A stretch of 64,000 nucleotides of DNA from an uncultured Gammaproteobacteria bacterium (GCA_964344965.1 CAYFPJ010000002.1:1068-65067), one strand, 5' to 3'; positions 8,209-17,787 are shown, numbered from the stretch's first letter. Numbers and translations are program-made. The notes: generated from the letters alone by a model not told the origin.

Positions 8209-10164
8209 TCAATTATCAAACCTGACAATCTGATCCTGATCAATTTTCTTAGGCTTGTCCTCACTATCTGCTTTATTCTCTTTTTTAGATCCATTCCCAC
8301 CGCCAGAACCATCTTTGGCAGATCCACCGTTTTTCTTTTTCCTCTTTCTTTTCCTCTTTCGTTTCTTCTTAGGCTTGTCTTCCTTTAATTTTTCTTTCAC
8401 TTCTTCCTTACTTGAGTTTTTGTCTTCGTTATCTTTTATTTCTTCATCCTTTTCTTTTCTTGGCAAAGGTGAAAAGTCTTCTGAATCTTTTAGTTCTTTT
8501 TGCTCTTCATCAAAAAAATCAAGTAGATCCTGATCTTCTTCATCATTAGCTTTTTCTTCATCACTTCCAACCTCATCTTCTTGACCATCTTCTTCATCAA
8601 AAACTTCTGGCAAAGCCTCTCCATCTTTATCTTCGGGAAAATCAAACTTATCATCTGTCGCCAAGTCGTCTTCTTTAGCTTTTTCATTTTTAGGTAACAG
8701 ATCTTCAAGAGAGATATCTTCTTTATCAGATTCTAATTTCTTCTTATCAATCTCTATTTTTTCTTTGTCATCATCTTTTTTATTATCAGTATTTTTTTCT
8801 TTCTTTTTTTCTTTTTCTACTTCTCCACTATCACTACCAGCGATCTCCATCCCACTCCACCTAGTGATCTTCTCTTCGATGATATCACGCGATTTACCAT
8901 ATCTTTCCCGAGATACTCGGATCACTTTGTTAGCGCTCCCAGTAGACGAGCCAAGTGGTGGCATGCCAACCGCGCTGAACGGCTGGGAAGCAACTCCATT
9001 GATCATCAGTTTTAGAAAGATTTGATATTTTGGCAGATTAACAATATGCTCTTCGGTAAAAGTCGGAGCATATTCTTTTGCTAGAGCCTCCGCATCAGCT
9101 GCTCCCACTCGAAAAGTAAGAATACTTCCCACATTGCCAAATACAGCATCAGCTACAGTCTCATCTAGCTGAGCCACGTATTGGTGAGCCATGATCAGAC
9201 CAAGGCGATACTTACGAGCTTCAGACAAAATATTGGCAAAAGACTGAGTAGCAAAATTCTGAAATTCATCTACATAAAGAAAAAAATCATTACGCTCTTC
9301 CTCAGGAATATCTACTCTACTCATAGCGGCCAGTTGGATCTCGGTAATAAGCATTCCCCCGAGAAGACGACTATTGTCCTCCCCAATTCTACCTTTGGAA
9401 AGATTCATGATGAGGATCTTCTTCTGATCCATGATCTCTCGTATATTAATCGTTGATTTCACTTGAGCCACCATATTCCTGATCACACTGGCAGAAAGAA
9501 ACTGACCAATCTTGTTCTGAATTGGAGCGACCGCTTCTTTTTGGTACCTGGGTTCGTAGTTGGCAAATTCTGTAGTCCAAAATGATTTGACGACAGGGTC
9601 TTTCAATTGACGAATAACTTTTCGTCGATATTTCTTATCAGCAAGCATTCTGTTGATCCCAAGTAGTGTAGAGCCTTGAGAATCAAGTAGAGCAAGGAGT
9701 GTATTATTGAGAATGTATTCCATCCTCGCACTCCAGACATCTGGCCAAATCTTCTTGAAGACTCCCATCAGTCCAGAAGCAACAAGATGCTTTTGTTCTT
9801 CAGATTCTACTTCTAGAATATTGAAGCCAATTGGGAACTCTACATCAGCTGGATTGAAGTAAATAACATCATTGGTACGATGAGAAGGAATATAGTCGAT
9901 CAGCTTCTCAGCCATGTCTCCATGAGGATCTACCACTCCGACACCATGACCATTATATATGTCTTGGAGAACCATGTTCTCGAGCATAGTCGTCTTACCC
10001 ATCCCAGTCTTCCCTATCACATACATGTGTCTTCTGCGATCATCTGTCTTGATGCCAAACTTGCGCATCTGATTACGATAATTAGTCTGCGCAAAAAAAC
10101 AGACATGTTGTTTGTCTTCTGTAGATTTTTCTTGTCCCTTTATTTGGAGGTGGTGAGTGGGCAT
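8209..10164 (-). CDS. TraD/VirD4-like P-loop ATPase (T4SS coupling-protein-type AAA-binding domain) with ~230-aa K/E/D-rich low-complexity C-terminal tail
   Basis: Walker A YVIGKTGMGKTT and Walker B FFLYVDEFQNF; overall resembles the TrwB/TraD ATP-binding domain. The tail is poly-charged (KKKRKRKRKRKKK and D/E runs). No other T4SS genes are nearby. Confidence 0.5.
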   Translation of the reverse strand: MPTHHLQIKGQEKSTEDKQHVCFFAQTNYRNQMRKFGIKTDDRRRHMYVIGKTGMGKTTMLENMVLQDIYNGHGVGVVDPHGDMAEKLIDYIPSHRTNDVIYFNPADVEFPIGFNILEVESEEQKHLVASGLMGVFKKIWPDVWSARMEYILNNTLLALLDSQGSTLLGINRMLADKKYRRKVIRQLKDPVVKSFWTTEFANYEPRYQKEAVAPIQNKIGQFLSASVIRNMVAQVKSTINIREIMDQKKILIMNLSKGRIGEDNSRLLGGMLITEIQLAAMSRVDIPEEERNDFFLYVDEFQNFATQSFANILSEARKYRLGLIMAHQYVAQLDETVADAVFGNVGSILTFRVGAADAEALAKEYAPTFTEEHIVNLPKYQIFLKLMINGVASQPFSAVGMPPLGSSTGSANKVIRVSRERYGKSRDIIEEKITRWSGMEIAGSDSGEVEKEKKKEKNTDNKKDDDKEKIEIDKKKLESDKEDISLEDLLPKNEKAKEDDLATDDKFDFPEDKDGEALPEVFDEEDGQEDEVGSDEEKANDEEDQDLLDFFDEEQKELKDSEDFSPLPRKEKDEEIKDNEDKNSSKEEVKEKLKEDKPKKKRKRKRKRKKKNGGSAKDGSGGGNGSKKENKADSEDKPKKIDQDQIVRFDN

Positions 10165-10249
10165 GAATTTTGGTAGTTCAGCTAATATTTCAAAGTATAA
10201 TTATTATAGCACATAACATATAACCTGTAACATATAACTTTCCATTGTG

Positions 10250-10933
10250 TTATGGTTCAAATACTTCCTGTACTGGATATTTGCAAAATCCCTCATGGAT
10301 TCCGTCATTGCCAAATCTTTCCAACCAAGTAGGATTGCTGGAATATTTATACATAAAACTATTTTGCAACGAAGCAACTAACCTGTGTTTGAAAGGATTT
10401 TTCAAAATGTAATTGAAATGTTTCCAGAAGTCAGTAATGTTACGGATGCAGTAATCGTGATATTGGTACCATATTTTTCTGCCTGGTGTTTGGTCTAGTT
10501 TGTTTAACTCACGAGATGAGTCTTTGTGTAGCTTACGAACGAACTCAGTTAGAACATGTTTTTCTTGCTTTGGGACGAAATTCGCTGCGCTCATTTCATC
10601 ATTCCATTCTTTATAGGAAATATTCTCTCGTCTGATAGGAATGACAGATTGAGCCACAGCGAAATCTGTCCCAGTAGGCATATACTTTTTATTAATAGAT
10701 TGCGGCAGTGAAAAAAGTATATGGTAATGATTATCTAATAACACCCATGCATACATTCTGATACTAAACCTTTCAATCGATTGACGAAAAACATTTTGCC
10801 ACAATATCTTTTTATATTCTTTTTCAAAATACTTTTTCCCCTCCCAACACCGCGCCGTCAAAAAATAAGTATGTCCTCCATAAATATGATGCGGTCTATG
10901 TAAATTCCGATTTTGTGTTTGTGACAAGACCAT
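10250..10933 (-). CDS. IS200/IS605-type HUH tyrosine transposase, REP-associated (RAYT-like)
   Basis: HUH motif LLDNHYHILF and a C-terminal YILKNPFKHRLV...YKYSS block (cf. NPVKAGLV...W.YSS of RAYTs). No TnpB partner. Confidence 0.65.
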   Translation of the reverse strand: MVLSQTQNRNLHRPHHIYGGHTYFLTARCWEGKKYFEKEYKKILWQNVFRQSIERFSIRMYAWVLLDNHYHILFSLPQSINKKYMPTGTDFAVAQSVIPIRRENISYKEWNDEMSAANFVPKQEKHVLTEFVRKLHKDSSRELNKLDQTPGRKIWYQYHDYCIRNITDFWKHFNYILKNPFKHRLVASLQNSFMYKYSSNPTWLERFGNDGIHEGFCKYPVQEVFEP

Positions 10934-10954
10934 ACAAAAAATACAAAATTCGGA

Positions 10955-10985
10955 ATGACAAACGAAGCGCAGCGGAGTTTGTCAT
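10955..10985. repeat. perfect hairpin immediately upstream of the RAYT start
   Basis: ATGACAAAC-GAAGCGCAGCGGAG-GTTTGTCAT, a 9-bp stem. It overlaps the stop codon of the methyltransferase gene. Confidence 0.7.
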
Positions 10986-11671
10986 CCACGGATTACACTC
11001 ACAATATTATGCCCCTTCCTCAAATCCCTCCTCTTACCTTTCTTAGAAAAATACTGATCGACTATTTCAAACCCTGAACGAGTGAACAAATCTTCTAACT
11101 CTTCAATTTTAAATCCATAATAATACCTTTCGCCCAGCACTCCCCCGACAGGAGTGATCCAAGGAATGAGGAAATTGGCTCCGTGCTTTTTGAATTTTCC
11201 TTTGTTTACCACTTTGTTGACACTATCAGAAAAAAGATTCCAATTGGTCATCATGATGTGCCCCCCGGGTTTCAAAACTCGTTTCATTTCAGATAATGCT
11301 TTCAGTCTAGATTTTTCATCTGGCAAATGATGCAGTGTAGCGATACAAAAAATAAGATCAAACGTATTATCCTCCAATGGAAGATCCGTCATCTCTGCCA
11401 CTACAAATTTATTATTAGGAAAATCTTTCTTGCCCATCTCTATCTGTCCTTCACTTTGATCGACTCCCACATATTCCATGTCTTGAAATTTATCCAAAAG
11501 ATGGTATAATCGCCCTGCTCCACAACCAATATCAAGAACGCTATCACCATCTTTGATATATTTTTGAAAAGGGAGCATATCGTCCCAAACTTTTTGTCTA
11601 GTAGAAGCAAAAAGTGGCGCGATCTTATCGTAGATATCTTTGTTTTGTTTGATAATTTTTTTTGAATCCAT
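10982..11671 (-). CDS. class-I SAM-dependent methyltransferase, Trm9/ALKBH8-like (Methyltransf_11)
   Basis: SAM motif I VLDIGCGAGR, an acidic motif II and an LKPGG motif. Divergently paired with elp3. Confidence 0.6.
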   Translation of the reverse strand: MDSKKIIKQNKDIYDKIAPLFASTRQKVWDDMLPFQKYIKDGDSVLDIGCGAGRLYHLLDKFQDMEYVGVDQSEGQIEMGKKDFPNNKFVVAEMTDLPLEDNTFDLIFCIATLHHLPDEKSRLKALSEMKRVLKPGGHIMMTNWNLFSDSVNKVVNKGKFKKHGANFLIPWITPVGGVLGERYYYGFKIEELEDLFTRSGFEIVDQYFSKKGKRRDLRKGHNIVSVIRG

Positions 11672-11682
11672 AATTTCTGAAT

Positions 11683-11752
11683 GTAACTCAGGCCTTTAGG
11701 CCTGATAGAACCAATTTTGTTTGATGTAGTCAGGCCTAAAGGCCTGAGTTAC
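11683..11752. promoter_or_regulatory. perfect 23-bp inverted repeat (each arm itself a hairpin) in the divergent MTase/elp3 intergenic region, ending 2 nt before the elp3 ATG
   Basis: GTAACTCAGGCCTTTAGGCCTGA -24 nt- TCAGGCCTAAAGGCCTGAGTTAC. Confidence 0.6.
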
Positions 11753-11754
11753 AT

Positions 11755-13434
11755 ATGTGTATGTCTGAATTTGAACAAATAGTAAAATCTATCATTACCC
11801 AAAATCCTTCCACCAAAGGTGAGCTTGATGATATGAGGAGAAAAATCTGTGGTGAATTGCGTATCAATCAACCGTCTAACCGTAAACTTCTGCAAGCTTA
11901 CCAGAATTTGGTCAAAAAGAAAAGCATTGAGAAAAATCAAAAAATAGAAAGATTACTAAGGAAAGCCGATATTCGCACCCTCTCTGGTGTTGCTGTGATC
12001 ACCTCACTCATCAAACCATACAGCTGTCCAGGACAATGTGTCTATTGCCCAACTGAAGTAAGGATGCCCAAGAGCTATATCGCCACCGAGCCAGCCGCTG
12101 CTCGGGCTCTGTCTCTTGAGTTTAGTCCTTATGAACAAATGCAAAGGAGAATCAAGATGCTGGAACTCAATGGTCATCCAGTCGAAAAAATTGAATACAT
12201 TATCAAAGGTGGTACTTGGAATGCTTATCCGATCAAATATCAATACTGGTTCATCATGGAGTCATTCAAGGCTTGTAATAATTTGTCGCGGAGAAAAAAA
12301 ATAGCAGTGACAAATGAAGTGGATTGGAAAACTAGGCCACTAGCAGATGTGCAAGCAGAACTAGAAAAAGAGCAAGAATACAATGACAAAAAAGCTAGAT
12401 ACAAAATCATCGGTCTAACTCTCGAGACTAGGCCAGATGCCATCAGGCCGAAAACCATCATGCACATGCGTCTGCAAGGCTGTACCAGAATTGAACTTGG
12501 TCTCCAGGCCCCTGATGACAAAATTCTTGAGCTGATCAAACGAGGTCATACTGTCCAGCAGTTCAAAGATGCTATTCTCCTCCTCCGCCAAGCTGGCTTC
12601 AAAGTGGACCTCCACTTCATGCCCGATCTACCAGGGACCACAGCGAAGCATGATGTAGAAATGTATGAGACCATTTTCTCTGATCCTGGATTGAAGCCAG
12701 ATATGATCAAGATCTATCCCTGCACTGTGATTAAATCGGCTGAACTATATGGCTGGCTACAAGATGGTCGCTACAAGCCGTATAGTGGAAAGGAATTATT
12801 CTGGGCGTTATTGGAAATGAAAAAATTGACCCCACGATATTGTCGAATCTCTAGATTGATCCGTGACATCCCAAGTGATGTCATCGAGGCTGGTAATGCT
12901 GTCACAAATCTGCGTGAATATTTGGCGCAAGAAATGAAGAAGAATGGTTGGGTCTGTCAATGTCTTCGCTGCCGAGAAGTGGGACATCAAATAAAGAACA
13001 AAGAACAACTAACAACTAACAAAATTAAATTGTTTGTCGACGAATATGAAACTATTGGTGGGACGGAATATTTCTTGAGTTTTGAAGATGAAAAACGTCA
13101 GGTTGTTTTTGCTTTTTTGCGACTCCGACTGCCAGATAAGCAAAACAAAAATCAAAGCATTTCAAGCCTTTTAGGCCTTTCCAGCTTTTCAAGCCTTTCA
13201 TTCATTCGTGAACTCCACACCTACGGTCAACTCGTCAACCTGGGCAAGGAAAATAAAAAAGCTTCTCAACACAAAGGCATGGGTAAGAAGCTAGTAGAGA
13301 AGGCTGAAGAAATAGCCAAAAAAAATGGATTTGATAGTATGGCAGTTATTTCTGGAGTGGGAGTGAGAGGATACTATAGAAAATTAGGTTATAGAAAAAA
13401 AGGGACTTATATGACAAAAAATCTACTTGCTTGA
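11755..13434 (+). CDS. elp3: Elp3-family radical-SAM / GNAT tRNA-modification enzyme
   Basis: Radical-SAM CPGQCVYCP cluster, full-length similarity to Elp3, and a C-terminal GNAT domain that carries a low-complexity insert (SISSLLGLSSFSSLSF). Confidence 0.9.
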   Translation: MCMSEFEQIVKSIITQNPSTKGELDDMRRKICGELRINQPSNRKLLQAYQNLVKKKSIEKNQKIERLLRKADIRTLSGVAVITSLIKPYSCPGQCVYCPTEVRMPKSYIATEPAAARALSLEFSPYEQMQRRIKMLELNGHPVEKIEYIIKGGTWNAYPIKYQYWFIMESFKACNNLSRRKKIAVTNEVDWKTRPLADVQAELEKEQEYNDKKARYKIIGLTLETRPDAIRPKTIMHMRLQGCTRIELGLQAPDDKILELIKRGHTVQQFKDAILLLRQAGFKVDLHFMPDLPGTTAKHDVEMYETIFSDPGLKPDMIKIYPCTVIKSAELYGWLQDGRYKPYSGKELFWALLEMKKLTPRYCRISRLIRDIPSDVIEAGNAVTNLREYLAQEMKKNGWVCQCLRCREVGHQIKNKEQLTTNKIKLFVDEYETIGGTEYFLSFEDEKRQVVFAFLRLRLPDKQNKNQSISSLLGLSSFSSLSFIRELHTYGQLVNLGKENKKASQHKGMGKKLVEKAEEIAKKNGFDSMAVISGVGVRGYYRKLGYRKKGTYMTKNLLA

Positions 13435-14022
13435 AGATTTCTCTACAACTTTTTCTTTCAATCTTACAGTTGCCACAGGCCTTATCCAAGTAAACTCATC
13501 TAATACATCTGATGATAATTCATAGTTACGGATTGTCTCCTGTTTCAACATATTTGCAATTAATACACAAAGTTCTGATACAGGAACGCCAGACTCTGTG
13601 GCAATGTCATCAAGCCTACTTCCCCCGTATGCTCGTATCTCCAACTCTCTCAAAAATTCCGGAGCATACCATACATATCCTTTTGCACGGTCCTCTTGCT
13701 CAATTTCATACACATAATCATCCCAGAAATCAGGGCGTTCACTTAGCATAGTTTTCGCGATAGGTAAAAGTTTTTTGTCACGATCCATCTCCCATTCACG
13801 TGCAATAGTATTCAAACGAAACCCTCGTCGTTTTATATCTAGCACGTGTCTTATGTCTGTCTGTAATTCAGGTGTGAGCACCTCTCTTATTTTACGATGC
13901 TGATCCGATCTCTTTACAAGTAGACCATCTGTGCCTAATTCATTGCGTCTTCTCCTACGGACAACCTCATCTATAATTGGCTGTAATCCAAAATCTGATA
14001 CAGTATATCCTTCCTCTATCAA
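13423..14022 (-). CDS. hypothetical protein with a possible C-terminal HTH
   Basis: ORF overlaps the upstream gene by 4 nt, suggesting an operon. The segment RLDDIATESGVPVSELCVLIANML is HTH-like. No family assignment. Confidence 0.35.
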   Translation of the reverse strand: MIEEGYTVSDFGLQPIIDEVVRRRRRNELGTDGLLVKRSDQHRKIREVLTPELQTDIRHVLDIKRRGFRLNTIAREWEMDRDKKLLPIAKTMLSERPDFWDDYVYEIEQEDRAKGYVWYAPEFLRELEIRAYGGSRLDDIATESGVPVSELCVLIANMLKQETIRNYELSSDVLDEFTWIRPVATVRLKEKVVEKSSSK

Positions 14023-15260
14023 CTGATTTTAAATGAATGTCTTGTGGGAAGTCTCTCTCTGTCAGCTGTTTCAGGAGGAATAGTGAGTTCATTCCGAATT
14101 TCTGCAACAATCATTTCACAAAGCTTGCGAGTATAGCGATAGTACTCTTTTTCTCCACCGACGGCAAAACTATCCATATCAAATTTTTCATTTGGCTGTT
14201 TGTCTATTGCATGCCGATCTATAATATCTGCGGCTATCTCACCTACTCGCCTTGGAGTAACACGACTCTTTCCAATAGCTGCCAACTCGTCTGAAAACAT
14301 ATCTGACAGATAAGCACTCATGCCACGTTCAGTTAGTGGAAAATCATATAGTAGCTGTTGCTCTTCTTTCCATCTTTCTTCCGCAGTATTGATGACCCAT
14401 TCAGATAAAGGTCTTCGTACCTTATCCCCTCTTTTGTCAGACTTTATATCTCCTGTTCTATCTGGATATTTTTCCTTATATTCTTCCACCATTTCTGGAA
14501 TACGTTTGTAAAGATTAGGATACAGACCTACAGCCTCTGGTCTATAAATCAAGTCAGCACACTCAATTGCAATAGAATCAATCCTTCTTTGCACAAAACC
14601 TCGCAATTTTTTTACACTTAGCCATTCAGGAATTTCTTCTTCTCTCACCAATCCTTCAATACCCTCTTGGACATTCACATCATGAGGTTTATCAAGAGTG
14701 TCGTCCAATGCCTGCTTCCATTCTTTCTCATCTTCACCATCCAGACGAGTCGCATATTCTGATTCAACCAGAGCATCAAGATCCTTTGTAGACATCTTCG
14801 CCAACTGGTACATTTTTTCAGCATTATCTACTCCATAAACACAGTATGTAGCCCTACCAGGAAGATCAGAAACAAATACTAGAACACCTTCACTCGAAAG
14901 CATATACATTGTATAGCCGCGCCCTTTTGTTCGACTTTTTGTATAGATACTCTCTATTTTTTGATGCTCTATTTCTCTCCGACGAAAAACTTTTTCTATC
15001 CACCCATTCCTAGGAAGTGGGGGTTGATCTAGTACAGCTGCTGCTTTTGGTTTTCTTTCACCACGAATTTTTCGCATTTCCACCCCTGAACGCAAAATAG
15101 GAAACCACACCATTCCATTCTTTTGGTGCAATTCGGATACTTCCTCTAGCGTATTTTGTACAGATTGTTCCATGTCTCCTAGAATCTTTACTCTTTCTTC
15201 TAGAAGCCTGCGAGCCTCTTGTTCCAAATCTGGACCACCTGATTCTCCTGCTATATACAC
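14019..15260 (-). CDS. hypothetical protein, paralog of the 20149..21429 ORF
   Basis: Shares the block YTMYMLSSEGVLVFVSDLPGRATYCVYGV with DLFVIPDKGVSIFVSDLHGEGTHIVFV of the paralog. Confidence 0.4.
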   Translation of the reverse strand: MYIAGESGGPDLEQEARRLLEERVKILGDMEQSVQNTLEEVSELHQKNGMVWFPILRSGVEMRKIRGERKPKAAAVLDQPPLPRNGWIEKVFRRREIEHQKIESIYTKSRTKGRGYTMYMLSSEGVLVFVSDLPGRATYCVYGVDNAEKMYQLAKMSTKDLDALVESEYATRLDGEDEKEWKQALDDTLDKPHDVNVQEGIEGLVREEEIPEWLSVKKLRGFVQRRIDSIAIECADLIYRPEAVGLYPNLYKRIPEMVEEYKEKYPDRTGDIKSDKRGDKVRRPLSEWVINTAEERWKEEQQLLYDFPLTERGMSAYLSDMFSDELAAIGKSRVTPRRVGEIAADIIDRHAIDKQPNEKFDMDSFAVGGEKEYYRYTRKLCEMIVAEIRNELTIPPETADRERLPTRHSFKIS

Positions 15261-15307
15261 AATTATTTAAATATTATATTCAAGAATGACTTTCACCGCA
15301 AAATTAC

Positions 15308-16216
15308 TTAACCAAAAGATAAAATGACTACTCCCACCACCATAATACCAATCGCGGATAGTTTCAGCAAGATATTTCTTTTGTCCACTTCTTCCTTTAT
15401 AATACCTGGCGCGAATTTGGTCAGAAGAACTGTCATTGCAAAGACCATTATAGGCTGGGAACCTTCTAGTGAACTTACCAAAGATACAGGCGCCATAGAC
15501 AGAGCTTTAATTTTCAAAAAAATACCAAGCTTACCAATCATATTAATGACAACAATGATTGCAAGCACTTTACAAGTAAAAAAAGATTTTTTATCTTTAC
15601 GAAAATCATGTCTGAATTTTTTGGAAAAAAATAATAACAAACTAAGACAGACAGGAAATATAGTAAAGAAGACAAACATAACCTCAAACGGTAGAGAAAA
15701 TCGGACAGAGACATAGCGAATAATAACATGGTAAGCTGCAAAAAACATTGTAGCTACCAACATCAACAAGAAGGATCTGGAAAAAGTAAATCTACCAAAA
15801 CTTTTGACATGAAGAGAGGCAACCAATCCACCAACAAATAATATGAGGAAAGACAGTAATTGGACGCTATTCAATTCCTCACCAATAAAAACCCAACCAC
15901 CAAACAAAGTAAAGACAGGAACAAAACTCCAAAAAACACTAAGTCTACTAGCTTCCTCAATTTGTAAAGCTCTTACATAGAGGAGCACTCCTGTAAAAAA
16001 AGCAACAGAGCCAATGGCTATAAAAAATAGCTCTAATACAGTAGGAACGAAAAAATCTATAAAAGGAATGACTACTAATACGAGCGCTCCGGCAATAATA
16101 CCAACCACAGCATATACATACGGATTCTTGAACTTCTTATCAACCATAAACTTCTCACCAACATTGGTGAGAGCCCAAAAGAAATGTGTGAGGAGGGCGT
16201 ATGATATCCAGGACAT
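15308..16216 (-). CDS. EamA-family (DMT superfamily) transporter
   Basis: 10-TM hydrophobic profile with duplicated EamA-like halves. Confidence 0.65.
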   Translation of the reverse strand: MSWISYALLTHFFWALTNVGEKFMVDKKFKNPYVYAVVGIIAGALVLVVIPFIDFFVPTVLELFFIAIGSVAFFTGVLLYVRALQIEEASRLSVFWSFVPVFTLFGGWVFIGEELNSVQLLSFLILFVGGLVASLHVKSFGRFTFSRSFLLMLVATMFFAAYHVIIRYVSVRFSLPFEVMFVFFTIFPVCLSLLLFFSKKFRHDFRKDKKSFFTCKVLAIIVVINMIGKLGIFLKIKALSMAPVSLVSSLEGSQPIMVFAMTVLLTKFAPGIIKEEVDKRNILLKLSAIGIMVVGVVILSFG

Positions 16217-16245
16217 AAATATTGTTGCATGTTAAATGCTATGTG

Positions 16246-16752
16246 TTAAATGCTATGTGTTACGTGTTTTGTGTCTCGTGAATACTTACATCCACAATAA
16301 TTTTGTCGATAAATTCCTTTTTCCTTCACCATCTTTCTTACCTTTTCTTGTCTACCACCCTTTTTCCAGTCTTCTTTTAAAAAACCAATATTATATTTTT
16401 CCGCCAACCTCCTACAAATCCCCCCGATAATTTCCATTTTTTTGTTTCGTCCGCTAGTGAGAGTGGTAGAGAAAATATCAAAATTATTTTCTTTAGCATA
16501 CTGAGCAGATTGATTGAGACGCAGATAAAAACACTTTGGACAACGAAGCCCTCCCTCTGGCTGATCTTCAAAACCTTTTATAGCCTCATCCCACCTATTC
16601 ACATCATAATCAGCATCGACCATCTTCACTCCCCACTCATCACAAATACGTACCACTTCTTTTTTTCTTTTCAGATATTCTTCTATTGGATGAATGTTGG
16701 GATTATAAAAATAAACCGTCAGATCATACTGATCTTTTAGGTCTCGTGCCAA
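16246..16752 (-). CDS. queH: epoxyqueuosine reductase QueH (DUF208), lacking the N-terminal CCAPC segment
   Basis: The protein aligns with T. maritima QueH from VTVFFFNPNIHP onward (ours TVYFYNPNIHP). The GGLRCPKC, DIFSTTL and QNYCGC motifs are present. The ORF begins at a TTG, and in-frame stop codons lie upstream. Confidence 0.7.
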   Translation of the reverse strand: MARDLKDQYDLTVYFYNPNIHPIEEYLKRKKEVVRICDEWGVKMVDADYDVNRWDEAIKGFEDQPEGGLRCPKCFYLRLNQSAQYAKENNFDIFSTTLTSGRNKKMEIIGGICRRLAEKYNIGFLKEDWKKGGRQEKVRKMVKEKGIYRQNYCGCKYSRDTKHVTHSI

Positions 16753-17752
16753 TGTTATATGGCTTGTATTTATCTATTTTTATCCTCATCATCCTGTCAA
16801 TTTCATCATCCAGAGAAGAAGAATAATGTCTTCCATTCATTTTGTTATTACGATTGAGAAGCCACTTCATAGAGGAAGTTTCTCCATCGTCCGTTAGCGG
16901 GCTTTCCTGGTGTGCTTTTTGGGCAAATCTCTTTGCCCAGGTGCGTAAAGTCATAAACGGAATTTCCTTATTATATTCTGTTTTAGCGATTTTATGATAT
17001 TTTTTGGCAATATCTTGCTCACTGCGCCATTCCGCAGATGCCACTTCCTTTCCCATAGCAAGTATAATTATTTCTTTTGTCAATCTTGGACCACAATACC
17101 ATGCCATGCCTCTATTTTTATTACAATAGTACCTACCATACTCTTCAGAGAGAATACTATCTCTTTCTATTATTTCCTTTATCAATGAATGTATTGCCTG
17201 TTTATCATGAACTACTGATTTTTCTAATGGTTTCAAAAATCTAGAAATACCTACCAATAATCTAAATCCTTCTGGAGGTGAATCCTTATACTTCTCCATC
17301 TTATGTCCGACATCTTTAGGTAAATTTGCAAATACTTCTGCAAAGTCAGACCCATCATAAATGTCACCTGCCATTCTTTTAGATTGTCGTTCCAACAATT
17401 TTTTTATTGCAATAGCGTCTTTTTCACCAAACCAATCAACAAACAAACCAAAAAATCGTGGCCTCAAAATACCATCAGCAGTACACACTCTTGGATAAGA
17501 TTTCAAAATTTCTGCAAATTCAGGAACGCTAGACTGTCCAATTTCCGGATCGTTTTCAACAATCCTATCTACTAAACTAAAAATTTCAAAATCGGTCCTA
17601 ATTCCCTCCTCATTTAGACCCATGCCCTCCTCAACCTTATCTATATCAAAACCATCCAATCTTTTTTTATCTTCGTGTAGCGCATATACCGCACCCCTGT
17701 AAATATTTTCTGCTTCTGTGGCCATAAAATATTTTTTTAAAAATCTAAGCAA
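16724..17752 (-). CDS. hypothetical protein
   Basis: 342-aa ORF with no recognisable motif; overlaps queH by 29 nt. Confidence 0.35.
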   Translation of the reverse strand: MLRFLKKYFMATEAENIYRGAVYALHEDKKRLDGFDIDKVEEGMGLNEEGIRTDFEIFSLVDRIVENDPEIGQSSVPEFAEILKSYPRVCTADGILRPRFFGLFVDWFGEKDAIAIKKLLERQSKRMAGDIYDGSDFAEVFANLPKDVGHKMEKYKDSPPEGFRLLVGISRFLKPLEKSVVHDKQAIHSLIKEIIERDSILSEEYGRYYCNKNRGMAWYCGPRLTKEIIILAMGKEVASAEWRSEQDIAKKYHKIAKTEYNKEIPFMTLRTWAKRFAQKAHQESPLTDDGETSSMKWLLNRNNKMNGRHYSSSLDDEIDRMMRIKIDKYKPYNIGTRPKRSV

Positions 17753-17787
17753 ACCCCCACCTTCTCGTTTTTAAATCAAAGGTATGA

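Noticed and set aside
8240-8900. Possible CRISPR or tandem DNA repeat in the lysine/acidic-coding tail of the TraD-like gene
   Set aside because: The periodicity comes from the low-complexity codon composition (AAG/GAA/GAT runs) and is not repeat-spacer organised. No cas genes are present.
16227-16266. ATGTGTTAAATGCT 14-mer tandem repeat (about 2.5 units) at the queH 3' end
   Set aside because: It is short and partly inside the queH coding region, with no second locus. It is recorded but has no clear significance.
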